In this document: piece by piece, positions 21,103-31,319 of the stretch | Layout of the letters: the number at the start of each line of letters is the position of its first letter | Position numbering within the stretch: the first letter of the stretch is position 1 | Assembly: GCF_001194135.2 (NCBI RefSeq) | Contig: NC_068985.1 | Span: 3,610,063 to 3,645,415 of the forward strand | Direction: 5' to 3' | Length of the DNA stretch: 35,353 nucleotides | Origin: Octopus bimaculoides | Taxonomy: Eukaryota | The notes under the pieces: model-generated | Database searches by the model: none | What the model was told of the DNA's origin: nothing | What the model saw: only the letters and a program-made list of their open reading frames with translations | Translations under genes and position numbers: made by a program

Positions 21103-21909
21103 AAGAAGGAGAAATTAAGAAGACGAAAGAAATGAATTTATTTTAGACTTGAAAGAGTTCAGGTCATAAGANNNNNNNNNNNNNNNNNNNNNNNNNNNNN
21201 NNNNNNNNNNNNNNNNNNNNNNNNNNNNNNNNNNNNNNNNNNNNNNNNNNNNNNNNNNNNNNNNNNNNNNNNNNNNNNNNNNNNNNNNNNNNNNNNNNNN
21301 NNNNNNNNNNNNNNNNNNNNNNNNNNNNNNNNNNNNNNNNNNNNNNNNNNNNNNNNNNNNNNNNNNNNNNNNNNNNNNNNNNNNNNNNNNNNNNNNNNNN
21401 NNNNNNNNNNNNNNNNNNNNNNNNNNNNNNNNNNNNNNNNNNNNNNNNNNNNNNNNNNNNNNNNNNNNNNNNNNNNNNNNNNNNNNNNNNNNNNNNNNNN
21501 NNNNNNNNNNNNNNNNNNNNNNNNNNNNNNNNNNNNNNNNNNNNNNNNNNNNNNNNNNNNNNNNNNNNNNNNNNNNNNNNNNNNNNNNNNNNNNNNNNNN
21601 NNNNNNNNNNNNNNNNNNNNNNNNNNNNNNNNNNNNNNNNNNNNNNNNNNNNNNNNNNNNNNNNNNNNNNNNNNNNNNNNNNNNNNNNNNNNNNNNNNNN
21701 NNNNNNNNNNNNNNNNNNNNNNNNNNNNNNNNNNNNNNNNNNNNNNNNNNNNNNNNNNNNNNNNNNNNNNNNNNNNNNNNNNNNNNNNNNNNNNNNNNNN
21801 NNNNNNNNNNNNNNNNNNNNNNNNNNNNNNNNNNNNNNNNNNNNNNNNNNNNNNNNNNNNNNNNNNNNNNNNNNNNNNNNNNNNNNNNNNNNNNNNNNNN
21901 NNNNNNNNN

Positions 21910-21986
21910 ACTCAGAACGCAGGATGAACGAAATACCGCTAAGCATTTCGTACCGGCGTGCTAACGATTCTGCCAGTTCGCTGCCT

Positions 21987-22030
<44 letters not shown>

Positions 22031-22195
22031 ATGGTTACAAATTTTGGCACAAGGCCAGCAGTTTCGGGGAAGGCGGTAAGTCGATTACATCGACCTCAAT
22101 GTTTTTGATCTCAGAACGGTATTTGAACTCAGAACGTCAAGACGGACGAAATGCCGCTAAGCATTTCTTCCGGCGTTGCTAACGATTCTGCCAGC
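21910..22195 (-). mobile_element. Two SINE fragments (GCTGGCAGAATCG family) separated by (AGT)n
   Basis: CTAACGATTCTGCCAG heads at ~21960 and ~22180; (AGT)n at 21988-22030; the second copy lacks part of the central module. Confidence 0.83.
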
Positions 22196-22382
22196 GTACA
22201 TACAGTCTATAGAATGCGTAAAAAGAACACTTTTCTCACCCGCAGCCATGATGCAATATCCGTTCCTGCTGTGGTTACCACGAGAGCATAGAATCATTGT
22301 CGAATAGATTGTACTACGGAAAAAAAAACAACCACACACTTACTGCGGCATACGACTCTCAGAAAAAACGGGCACTGCATCT

Positions 22383-22560
22383 GTCCCTCCGACAACGAGA
22401 GTTCCAGTTGATTCGATCAACGGAGCAGCTTGCTCGTGAAATTAACACGCAAGTAGCTGAGTACTCCACAGACACGTGTACCCTTAACGTAGTTCACATG
22501 GAGATCCAGTTTGACTCAGAATGACAAAGCTAACCCTTTCAAATACAGGTACTACTCCTT
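22383..22560 (-). mobile_element. 3' module of the 1731-2111 SINE family
   Basis: GCTCGTGAAATTAACACGCAAGT...CACAGACACGTGTACCCTTAACGTAGTT matches the reverse complement of 1990-2090. Confidence 0.85.
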
Positions 22561-23544
22561 TTTACATTGACCTAATCCATTGGGTCAATGTGAAATAAAG
22601 TGTCTTACTTGAGGACCGGAAATCGAACAAGTGCTTAGTGTGGTCCTTAACAAGTCCAGATACGTCTGAAGTGCTCGAACTGTGGGTTACTTTTGTTATT
22701 CCACCAACAGCTGATATGTCCATGATCTGACACAAGGCTCACAGGACACAAGACTTTATATAAACGAATCTTTATATAATCGTCATAGTTTCACAAACGG
22801 ATTTATATATTCTATAAGCTTATACTCTAAACAAAGATGTGAGTAAACAATTTCTTTCTTTATACATTAATGCGAAGCTGTGGTGGGGAATAAAACTTTA
22901 GGTTAGTTGAAATATTATTCTATCATACTTTATATTCTGCAATTTCCCGTGAAGAAAAAGAAAATTCTCACTTATAGAAAGGGTTAAATATATCGTTATC
23001 AGCTTAGTTGCGCCCACTTTGGGGTCCCTAGTTTCATTTCTGGCTCGTTGTCCTCCTTTGGTAGAGGATACCAAAGAGATGTGATCCTCAGTTGATTAGT
23101 AAACCGCCGTAGCTTTATAATAAATTAGTCAATACTAGTGACTGATTTGCATTCGTTGACCGCCCAATCTGAATAAATACTTAAATTGTTGTGTGAAGCA
23201 ATGATGGGAAATAAATTTTAGGTTAGTTCACATATGTTTGTGACATATTTTCACTTCTAAAGGCAATTTCTCCGGAGTTTACCGAGCTAGAAATTTATAA
23301 CGAGCCAGAATTCCATTTTGGGATCCAACAGAAGGCGCCACTGAAGTCACGATGATGTATTTATATATAAGAGAGAAATTTTTCTTGGTAAACTGCAGTG
23401 AAATTGCCTTTAGATGCATAAATATGTCAGAAACATATTTGAAATAACATGAAGCTTCTTCCTTTCTTTATGTAAATAAAACCAAAAACACACTTCCTTC
23501 AGATTCTTGATAAATATATTGTTTTTATTTTCTTTCTCTTATAG

Positions 23545-23728
23545 ACGGAAGAGAGGCTGTGATAGTAAAATAGGCGGCCTTGGAGGTCAGTGTCCAACGT
23601 ACCACACCTCGTTAGATTTAGACAGATGGCGTTATCTGGACAGTTCGCAGAGTCCCGGCCGGAGGAAGAGGAATATCATTCAATTAAAATCAAAACTGCT
23701 GCAGAAGCGTGGCACCAATCTTATGTGA
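23545..23728 (+). CDS. Calcitonin-type precursor, coding exon 3 (mature peptide)
   Basis: Acceptor TTTTCTTTCTCTTATAG, phase 2; RKR-GCDSKIGGLGGQCPTYHTSLDLDRWRYLDSSQSP-G-RRKR-NIIQLKSKLLQKRGTNLM*. An N-terminal Cys pair plus C-terminal Pro-amide between basic sites is the calcitonin-family signature. Confidence 0.88.
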
Positions 23729-23790
23729 AGAATGCTTTATTAATTCCTAAACAAAAACAAACGTTATTTATCTCGTGTTTATATTTCGAG

Positions 23791-23796
23791 AATAAA
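23791..23796 (+). promoter_or_regulatory. Candidate polyadenylation signal of the calcitonin-type gene
   Basis: First AATAAA after the stop codon (62 nt downstream); position only. Confidence 0.35.
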
Positions 23797-23834
23797 GAGA
23801 AATATTTCGGCAACATCTCAGTGTCCTTTCCTTT

Positions 23835-24045
23835 ATCTTTTATTTGTTTCAGCTATCAGACTCCGGTCATGCTGGGGCACCGATTGAAGAATTTTTAGTC
23901 AATCGAATCTATCTCAGTGCTTTTATAAAACCTGGTACTTACTACTATCGGTCTCTTTGACCGAACTGCTAAGTTACGGGAACGTAAACACACCAACGCC
24001 AGTTGTCAAGTTGTGGTTGATGACAAATACAGGCACAAAAGCACA
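23835..24045 (-). mobile_element. 3' half of SINE (family of 5577-5950)
   Basis: TTGTTTCAGCTATCAG...GTCATGCTGGGGCACCG...GCTAAGTTACGGGAACGTAAACACACCA. Confidence 0.83.
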
Positions 24046-24673
24046 CACACACACACACATACACACACACACACACAAACACACGCGCGCGCGCGCACGC
24101 ACACACACACNNNNNNNNNNNNNNNNNNNNNNNNNNNNNNNNNNNNNNNNNNNNNNNNNNNNNNNNNNNNNNNNNNNNNNNNNNNNNNNNNNNNNNNNNN
24201 NNNNNNNNNNNNNNNNNNNNNNNNNNNNNNNNNNNNNNNNNNNNNNNNNNNNNNNNNNNNNNNNNNNNNNNNNNNNNNNNNNNNNNNNNNNNNNNNNNNN
24301 NNNNNNNNNNNNNNNNNNNNNNNNNNNNNNNNNNNNNNNNNNNNNNNNNNNNNNNNNNNNNNNNNNNNNNNNNNNNNNNNNNNNNNNNNNNNNNNNNNNN
24401 NNNNNNNNNNNNNNNNNNNNNNNNNNNNNNNNNNNNNNNNNNNNNNNNNNNNNNNNNNNNNNNNNNNNNNNNNNNNNNNNNNNNNNNNNNNNNNNNNNNN
24501 NNNNNNNNNNNNNNNNNNNNNNNNNNNNNNNNNNNNNNNNNNNNNNNNNNNNNNNNNNNNNNNNNNNNNNNNNNNNNNNNNNNNNNNNNNNNNNNNNNNN
24601 NNNNNNNNNNNNNNNNNNNNNNNNNNNNNNNNNNNNNNNNNNNNNNNNNNNNNNNNNNNNNNNNNNNNNNNNN

Positions 24674-24982
24674 AAAGTCGACCTCGGCGGAATTTGAACG
24701 CAGAACTTCAATACAGACGAAATACCACAAAGCATCTCGCCCGGCGTGCTAACGTTTCTTATTTCTTTATTGTCCACAGGGGGCTAAACATAGAGGGGAC
24801 AAACAAGGACAGACAAAGAGATTAGGTCGATTACATCGACCCCAGTGCGTAACTGGTACTTAATTTATCGACCCCGAAAGGATGAAAGGCAAAGCCGACC
24901 TCGGCGGAATTTGAACTCAGAACGTAACGGCAGACGTAATACCGGTAAGCATTTCGCCTGGTGTGCTAACGTTTCTGCCTTC
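24674..24982 (-). mobile_element. Two tandem SINEs (GCTGGCAGAATCG family)
   Basis: Junction near 24759; the left copy runs into a gap. Confidence 0.87.
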
Positions 24983-25009
24983 CGCTAATTCAATATTGCA
25001 AGCATAAGG

Positions 25010-25110
25010 TGCCGGAGCTGGCAGAATCGTTAGCACGCCGAGCGAAATGCTTCGCGGCATTTCGTCTGTCTTTAAGTTCTGCGTTCATATTCCGTTGGGA
25101 TCGACTTTGC
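25010..25110 (+). mobile_element. SINE head (GCTGGCAGAATCG family), head-to-head with the 24760-24982 copy
   Basis: GGAGCTGGCAGAATCGTTAGCACGCCGAGCGAAATGCTT...GATCGACTTTGC. Confidence 0.85.
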
Positions 25111-25323
25111 AAACAACTTCTCGTGTAATTCTTTGTCATTTAAGTTTCTCAAACTTATTGTATGTTGTCTGTTAATAGATTATAAAGATTAAAACAGAAT
25201 ATCCAGTAACGGATTCGGTATGAAAATTACATCGACAAATTGGTGCGAACATGCCTGATGTAGCGACCTAGAAATTTTGATCAATTAAAATTGCATCAAC
25301 AGTAAGGAGAAAGAACGATTATA

Positions 25324-25800
25324 GTAAAGATTGTTTGCCAACATAACATGGTAGGCCTGGTTTAGGACGAATGTTGCTGTAATTTAACCCCAGGGGACAT
25401 CGTCTCCAGCTGGCTATACGACAAGATCTGTGTCCTTATATTTTCGAACAAGGGAATCTAGCACCCCCACTCAGCTCAAAACAATATCTGTGTATCGCGA
25501 TTTCTGGGTTATTTCCCTTCATCAACACAGGATGATTGTTCGGTTAGAGGTGGCGCTGGTAAATTCCCGCTCGAAATATATAGTTTTGAAAGTGACAACT
25601 AGTCACTGATCTATAAATTAGAAAATTACTATTTTTTAAATCTCACAACGTGAGATATTCTGCAACAGCACCTTGTTCGAAAGTATAAGGACGCAGATCG
25701 TGTCGTATAGCCAGCTGGAGACGATGTCTCCTGGGGCTAAATCACAGCAACATTCGTCCTAAACCAGAACTGCCATGTTGTGTTGGCAAACAATCTTTAC
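25324..25800. mobile_element. 477-bp MITE with ~130-bp TIRs and TA target-site duplication
   Basis: TA|GTAAAGATTGTTTGCCAAC...TTCGAACAAGG (to 25453) is mirrored by CCTTGTTCGAA...GTTGGCAAACAATCTTTAC|TA (from 25671). Confidence 0.92.
25488..25530 (-). ncRNA. Minimal type I hammerhead inside the MITE
   Basis: Minus strand CTGTG-TTGATGA-A-GGG(AAATAA)CCC-A-GAAA-TCGCGA-TA-CACAG: 5-bp helix I, palindromic ATCGCGAT helix III, AUA triplet, UUGAUGA core variant. Confidence 0.75.
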
Positions 25801-26329
25801 TACAAAGAACGACTAGTTCAATTATTTGTGTTCGTTAATAAAGTCAGAGGAGATAAGCTTAGAATTCTAATTAAAATTAAAATGAGAGAAATGCAGTGAG
25901 AGGAATGTGAGTGATCTTAGAAGTGTGCGGATAATTTCGCACGTTTTGTTCTTATTCGGCCTCATCAGTATAGTGTATACAGATTAAAGATAACTAGATA
26001 TAAAACTCTGACTACTGTAAATCTGCAGTGTTCTGCACTTTATGTCAACTTGCATTTAAGTTGCTGACATAAACTGCAGCTTCTGCCACCGCTGCTGCTG
26101 CTGCTACTACTACTTATACCAACCCTATTAAATTGGTAAACAAGTTTGAATCGAAGAATTTTACTTGATGTTCTCCAGACTTGGCACAATCTCATTATAG
26201 AAGCAAAATCTTGAAGACTAACAAGAAGCGCAGACGGATTGGACAACAACAATAACATGACAACAACAACAACAACAACAACACATAAACAGCAGCATCT
26301 AGAACATGAATAACAACAACAATAAAAAC

Positions 26330-26810
26330 TCACATTTCGCATTCTCCCTTTGGTGACCTTCATTCGCACCAAGCATCTATTTAGTCATGTCCCTCTACAT
26401 TCCCTTTCAAAAGCTCAACGTCGTAGATCCCCAAAGCCCCAAAGCTGTTTAAACATCGTCGCAGCTCACCAAACAAGAGGATGGAGACTCTCACTCCCTT
26501 TCGAAAACTGAGTGGCGTTCACCCAGCAACGAAACTCTAGCAAGTCCATTGTCCAGTCTTCTTCATATGGCCCTCAGTCTTTCTCGCCTCTGACATTGCA
26601 ATCGATCTTTCTAGTCCCTTGTCATAGGAATCTTTAACAATTTTATGGAATACTCTGTTCCTTTATCTCGTAACAACGATGGTACCGTGAGATATACCCG
26701 CCTTGAAGAACGCTTCCATCTTCGCTAAGCAACTAACTCCATTCTACACATTCGTTGTCAATCTGCACCGAGTTTATCCCCTTCCAACCTTCGTATGCCT
26801 TTGTAATATC
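26330..26810 (+). mobile_element. Decayed LINE fragment (EN-RT linker, CR1/Jockey-like)
   Basis: SVPLSRNNDGTVRYT followed by a frameshifted ASIFAKQL resembles the linker upstream of CR1/Jockey-group RTs. Confidence 0.5.
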
Positions 26811-26902
26811 TCAAATTTTAAGGATGAATGATTGTACTTATATGTTAATAATAAATATTCAATTGCTGATAAGGCAACGATATTTCGATTTGTTACAATA
26901 AT

Positions 26903-27200
26903 GTACAGGGTGTCCATAAATTATCTTTACAATTTGAAAAATTCAGAAAAAAATATTTGAAAAATATGTAAAATTGAGCAGAATTTATTAGAAAACTCAA
27001 GCAAAGAAATAAAGTTTTATTAGAAACATCAGAATACTTTGTTCACATTGTTCATGCCATCATGTCTTAATTTTGTACCCCAGGATGTGCTCTTACACTC
27101 ACTAACCTCTTTAATCTTTCACTCTTGATTGGGATACAACCTGACATTCAGAAACGTGTCATGATATTCCAAAGAAAACAACCCCCTCGGGGTCGGCTTT
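26903..27200 (-). mobile_element. Probable Tc1/mariner terminal fragment
   Basis: TA-CAGGGTGTCCATAAATTATCTTTACAATT is a typical Tc1/mariner TIR start; internal protein similarity is weak. Confidence 0.4.
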
Positions 27201-27379
27201 CTCATTGCATTCATTGCTAATATCTCTAAGCTAATAGAAACTGTCAAAGACAATGGCGTTCTCTACCATCTTCAATCTCCAGCTGCAGATCCGAAACCGA
27301 ATCGCTGGATAGCCGAGTAGATATCACAACCAAGCCACTGTTGTTTCATGTGCTCTGCCGATTAGCGACCAATCAGCGT

Positions 27380-27700
27380 CGAGCCGTCGAGTGATTCGAC
27401 TTAATAAACTTCCTGGCCTTATAGAAAGCCACTTTTAGCACCAACGCCCTTTGCAGAGTGCTGAGACCGGCCGACTCGTTCACACGTCTCACCTCTTGCC
27501 ATACAGAATGTCGAGGCAGTCGCTTTAACGTCTCCCTTCTCTTTTCATTCACCAGCTGTTGATAGAAAGCACATATTTTGCCGTCAATAATATAGCGCGA
27601 CTATTTTCCTGTTGTGATGGATCAGCCACAAATTGATACGTACCAGATAGTTTGTGTCGCATATCCAAGTAATACATCTCTTCCGTTCTACAATTGTTGC
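27380..27700 (-). mobile_element. Possible LINE RT C-terminal fragment, opposite orientation
   Basis: ICAFYQQLVNEKRRETLKRLPRHSVWQ...SAGLSTLQRALVLKVAFYKA resembles the LERLQ..A.R.I....GL.TL..RR region of L2/CR1-type ORF2. Confidence 0.4.
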
Positions 27701-27789
27701 TTATATTTTTCATCCAAAGAACATCACAGAAAACACTATGTGCAGTAAATAAAGGTTCTCTGAATAGTTCGTGAATGTTGTTGATTTTT

Positions 27790-28930
27790 TTTTACACTCA
27801 GATCTTAGAAACACCTTATCGTTTCGCACCAATATCAATGCAGAAACACATCAACACCCATTCTTCGCTGCCTTTAATGATCCCCAGAATGGCTTGGCTC
27901 CCGCTGAGGCAGATCTATTCGGCACCTATTCTGTGTATGACGATCAATAATGGGTTCTTGCCTCGGAAAATTCCGATTAAAGCAATCTTGTTGCTTTAGA
28001 CATCGGAAAAGCCATCGATCGTGTCTGCGATGCGAGTCACTTATCGAAGTTCTTCACCTAAAGGTACCACACATCTTCTATCGCTTGGATCGACAGCTTC
28101 CAATCAAACCGCGCCGCCGCGAGATGGTGCTGACGTAATTCTTTCTGCTACACTCTCAATCAACAATGGTGTGTTCTCTGTTTTCCTTCTAGACATCAAT
28201 GACTTACCGTCAAGTGCAACAACAATACACACACACACACACACACTGATGATTTCTTCTTCTTCTCCTCCTCCTCCAACCCTACATCTTCCCCATGCAA
28301 CCTACACATCACGTGATTTGGTTGGTGGCTTGATTCCATGGACGGAAACCTCGACAAACTCGAACAAACTCAAATATTTCTCCTATCAAGAAAGAAATCG
28401 CATCCCACACCCCCACCCAGTCACCGAGATTAACCCCCACCTACAGCCTCCGTAGTTGGCCCAAATTCTTGGCCTCACTGTTACCAAGGATCACTGTTAC
28501 CGAAAGTAAATCCTTAACATAATTAGGATCGCATCCTTGAGATTAATCTTTCTCATCAGAAGAAAATATTTTCACTCCCGAACAATTGTCGGCATCCTAG
28601 AAAAGCTAAAGTGGGGTCCACAATGCAATGTTGCTTCCACAACTGGGCCGGTGCTGTTATTACACAAAAAGACATCGAGGACCGCATTCGGAGAAGGGTC
28701 ACTCGACATATACACATTACATGATTCACAGACACATATCAGCCTCTAACTCACAGGTTAGCTCTCTTCTCTCTCTCTGCTTTCTGTATGGCGATTATAA
28801 CACGTCTCTTCAATCCATGCCCCTCACCACCTGTTGTGTCCAACCCTGTACACTGTGGCAACTTGAGGGAGAAAGGACTGCGCCAGAACTCTGTTTGGCA
28901 TTCCTTACAGCTGCTTTTACTGGAGCAATA
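27790..28930 (+). mobile_element. Decayed LINE reverse transcriptase (CR1/Jockey group)
   Basis: NDPQNG, LVALDIGKAIDRV, SIAWIDSFQSNR, FLLDINDLPSS, QILGLTVT, HNWAGA, DRIRRR and QPLTHR appear in the expected order with frameshifts. Confidence 0.88.
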
Positions 28931-29001
28931 TGAAATGAATGAAATGAGTGAAATGAAATGTCTTACAGTTCTATATTCAAGAGATGAGGAATTATGCCCA
29001 C

Positions 29002-29269
29002 GGGCATATCGCGTAGTGGTTAAGAGCACGGGCTACTAACCACAAGATTCCGAGTTCGATTTCAGGTAGTGATCTGAATAATAATAATAATGATAATAAT
29101 AATAATAATAACAACAACAACAACAACATCGAAAGATACCTTGGGAATGAGAACCCAGGTTCGAAATTTCCCCAAGGTACCTGATGAAGGCTGGAGGGTA
29201 TATCAGCTGCAACGTTGTGTTAACAACAAACAAGAGGAGGACAAATATCCGTCAAATGTAAATAATGAA
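29002..29269 (+). mobile_element. tRNA-head SINE-like element with (AAT)n/(AAC)n spacer and hammerhead-type 3' module
   Basis: A-box-like TCGCGTAGTGGTTAAGAGC, B box GAGTTCGATTTC, microsatellite 29077-29128, then a CTGATGA module. Confidence 0.75.
29176..29221 (+). ncRNA. Hammerhead motif, core partly decayed
   Basis: GGTAC-CTGATGA-A-GGCTG(GAGGGTATAT)CAGCT-GCAA-CG-TT-GTGTT: helix I pairs with G-U wobbles, helix II 5 bp, loopless palindromic AACGTT; GAAA reads GCAA. Confidence 0.65.
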
Positions 29270-30409
29270 ATGTCTTGATCGAGTTCATAACATATCGCCC
29301 GTCCAGGAAGGGAACTCATAACTCAATGAATATGAGTCAAACACCCAAACTGCGAGGTCCCATGTTTCCATTTGAACACAAATTAAATATCAAGTATTTC
29401 TAACAAAGCCCTTCATCCGTAATAAAAGTATGCATTGCCTTATGTTATTCGGTGCTAAAGCATTCTATGTTTATTTCATCACTAACACGAATTGATACCT
29501 CCTCTTGTCCAACATCAGTTGTCCCATTGTAGTCTAGCGATTATATAAGTATCTCACTGTCTTCAGCCTGCCACGCTCCTGCCTGTTTTTCTGTTTCTTT
29601 TCTCTCGTTATATCGTCCATTGTCTCAATCTACCTCACCCACTCACCCGTTTCTAATATCACCCCTCTCTCAATCATTCTCTTTAATCAAATTATCCACC
29701 CACCAAAGCCGACTTTATTTCTTTTAATACGTCTCTGGTTTCTTAACGTTTTTATGAAAGACATCAACATCAAAACCGAAATTCGATATATCGGCCGTGA
29801 ATGAATGCATTTATTCTTAAATTCTATTGCGCTGCTTCCTTCTATTAAAGATTGTTTTATTTCACAATAAGGAGATGTGGGACTTGACCAACCGAAGAAT
29901 ACAAGACTGAATACACAAAACAGAGAGAAAACTAACAAGAACAAAAGAAGAACCCTCACCAGCAGTATCCTTTATACAACAATATCAATATCCCATGTTT
30001 CGCCATGTTATTCATGTAAATATAACTTGATACGTTTAAAGCTATTCATTGGAAATTTCATAAAACAATTGTTAATAATTGGCAGACGATAAATATAATT
30101 GTTCAATAAAGACGAACTTTAGAATTCGAGAGAGAATCTATTATATTAACTAAAGTAGTAGAATTTATAGAAAAAGGGCCATGAATTATGATTGTTTATT
30201 GCATATTTTATTTTTATTTTATGATAATATTGGTGAACAATGGCATAATGGGTTTTAGGATTTGAACTGATCAGTCACGAGTTGACTGCATTCCTGACGC
30301 TCATAACGGAAAGGAATTCAGTGCAACATATATCAGATAAAGCTATAAGTAATAGTATGGATGTATTGGGCTGAAAACCATTTGATGGTTGAAAAAAATA
30401 GCCGAAGAA

Positions 30410-30475
30410 TGTCCGTGGGACTCGAACCCACAGACACGACAGGCATTCAACCATTGAATCAATGCAATCCTTCAA
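30410..30475 (-). pseudogene. tRNA-like remnant (SINE head or tRNA pseudogene)
   Basis: Minus strand TGATTCAATGG (A-box-like) and a perfect T arm GTGGG-TTCGAGT-CCCAC; no complete anticodon or acceptor arm. Confidence 0.55.
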
Positions 30476-31319
30476 ATTTCTCGAACCATTTTAGAAACTT
30501 TATTCTTACCAGTGAGAATTGTACGCTGTCGGCTTTTTCTAGAAGATACCGTGTTGGTACAGTCGGTAGAGGTAGGGAGGCTCAGAAATGTAGTTTCCAG
30601 TAAAATAACACAAATGATACAGAAATTCATAACTTATTGAAGTTTGTTAAAACATCAAATACAAAATGTACGCACCATCCAAACATCCACACGGAAGATG
30701 ACAAGTCTTTCAGCAGTTTCACCGATATTGTCTGTCCAATTTTTCTGGAAAAAGAACAAAACAAAACAGAGGACGTTGAAGACTTCACAATATAATAAGA
30801 TTCCATAAATGTAATTAGAAATAATATTCAGCCATATTGATAGATCATCCATTAATGGTGACTATATCGATATTATGAAATTGGTTGTTGATCAAACGTG
30901 ATTTGAAAGTATTGGTCATTGTAATAATGATTTCTTACAGCCGGGTTACAAAAATGGTCGACATTTAAAACGTCTACGTCAGTATATTACAATATTATTT
31001 TTGTTCTTTCTCAGCTCAGTAATAGAATCTCACTGGAATCAATAAAACATCAGTTCCATAGAACTAAGTCATATTGTAGGAGGGGCAGCATATTTGATTG
31101 ACTTTGTTTTGCCACCACCCATTTCTCGATACGCTCTCTTGTTTTTTTTATACGACGGTTTACGCACAGCTCTAATTTATGCGCCAGACGATGATTAATT
31201 CTGAATACCCCCCTCCCCAGATTTATACAAACTAATTGCAGAGCATGTGAGGTTCTATACGCAATTCAGTAACGCATTCAAATGTGTCTCCCACCCAAAC
31301 TTCTGTTGTTCATCTAGAC

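Larger units (their letters stand above)
2601..24673. other. Assembly gaps: 2601-3179, 6035-6201, 9721-9730, 10720-11146, 11833-12546, 14105-14611, 20563-20572, 21172-21909, 24111-24673
   Basis: Runs of N, most of them flanked by microsatellites. Confidence 0.98.

Noticed and set aside
22246-22300. Acceptor-like TTTTCTCACCCGCAG in intron 2 as an alternative last exon
   Set aside because: In the phase-2 frame it gives a short peptide with no Cys pair or amidation signal, so no second calcitonin/CGRP-like exon was found. One could still be hidden in gaps 21172-21909 or 24111-24673.
25925-25975. Minus-strand CTGATGAG...GCGAAATTATC
   Set aside because: Helix I and helix II do not pair, so it is not called as a hammerhead.
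28545-28565. Minus-strand CTGATGAGAAAG
   Set aside because: It lies in LINE RT coding sequence and has no room for helix II.
1731-30475. tRNA-like A/B boxes at many positions
   Set aside because: They are SINE heads without full cloverleaves; no functional tRNA gene was called.
30510-30603. Possible alternative terminal exon ENCTLSAFSRR...
   Set aside because: It lacks the Cys ring and the PG-dibasic motif and has weak splice context.
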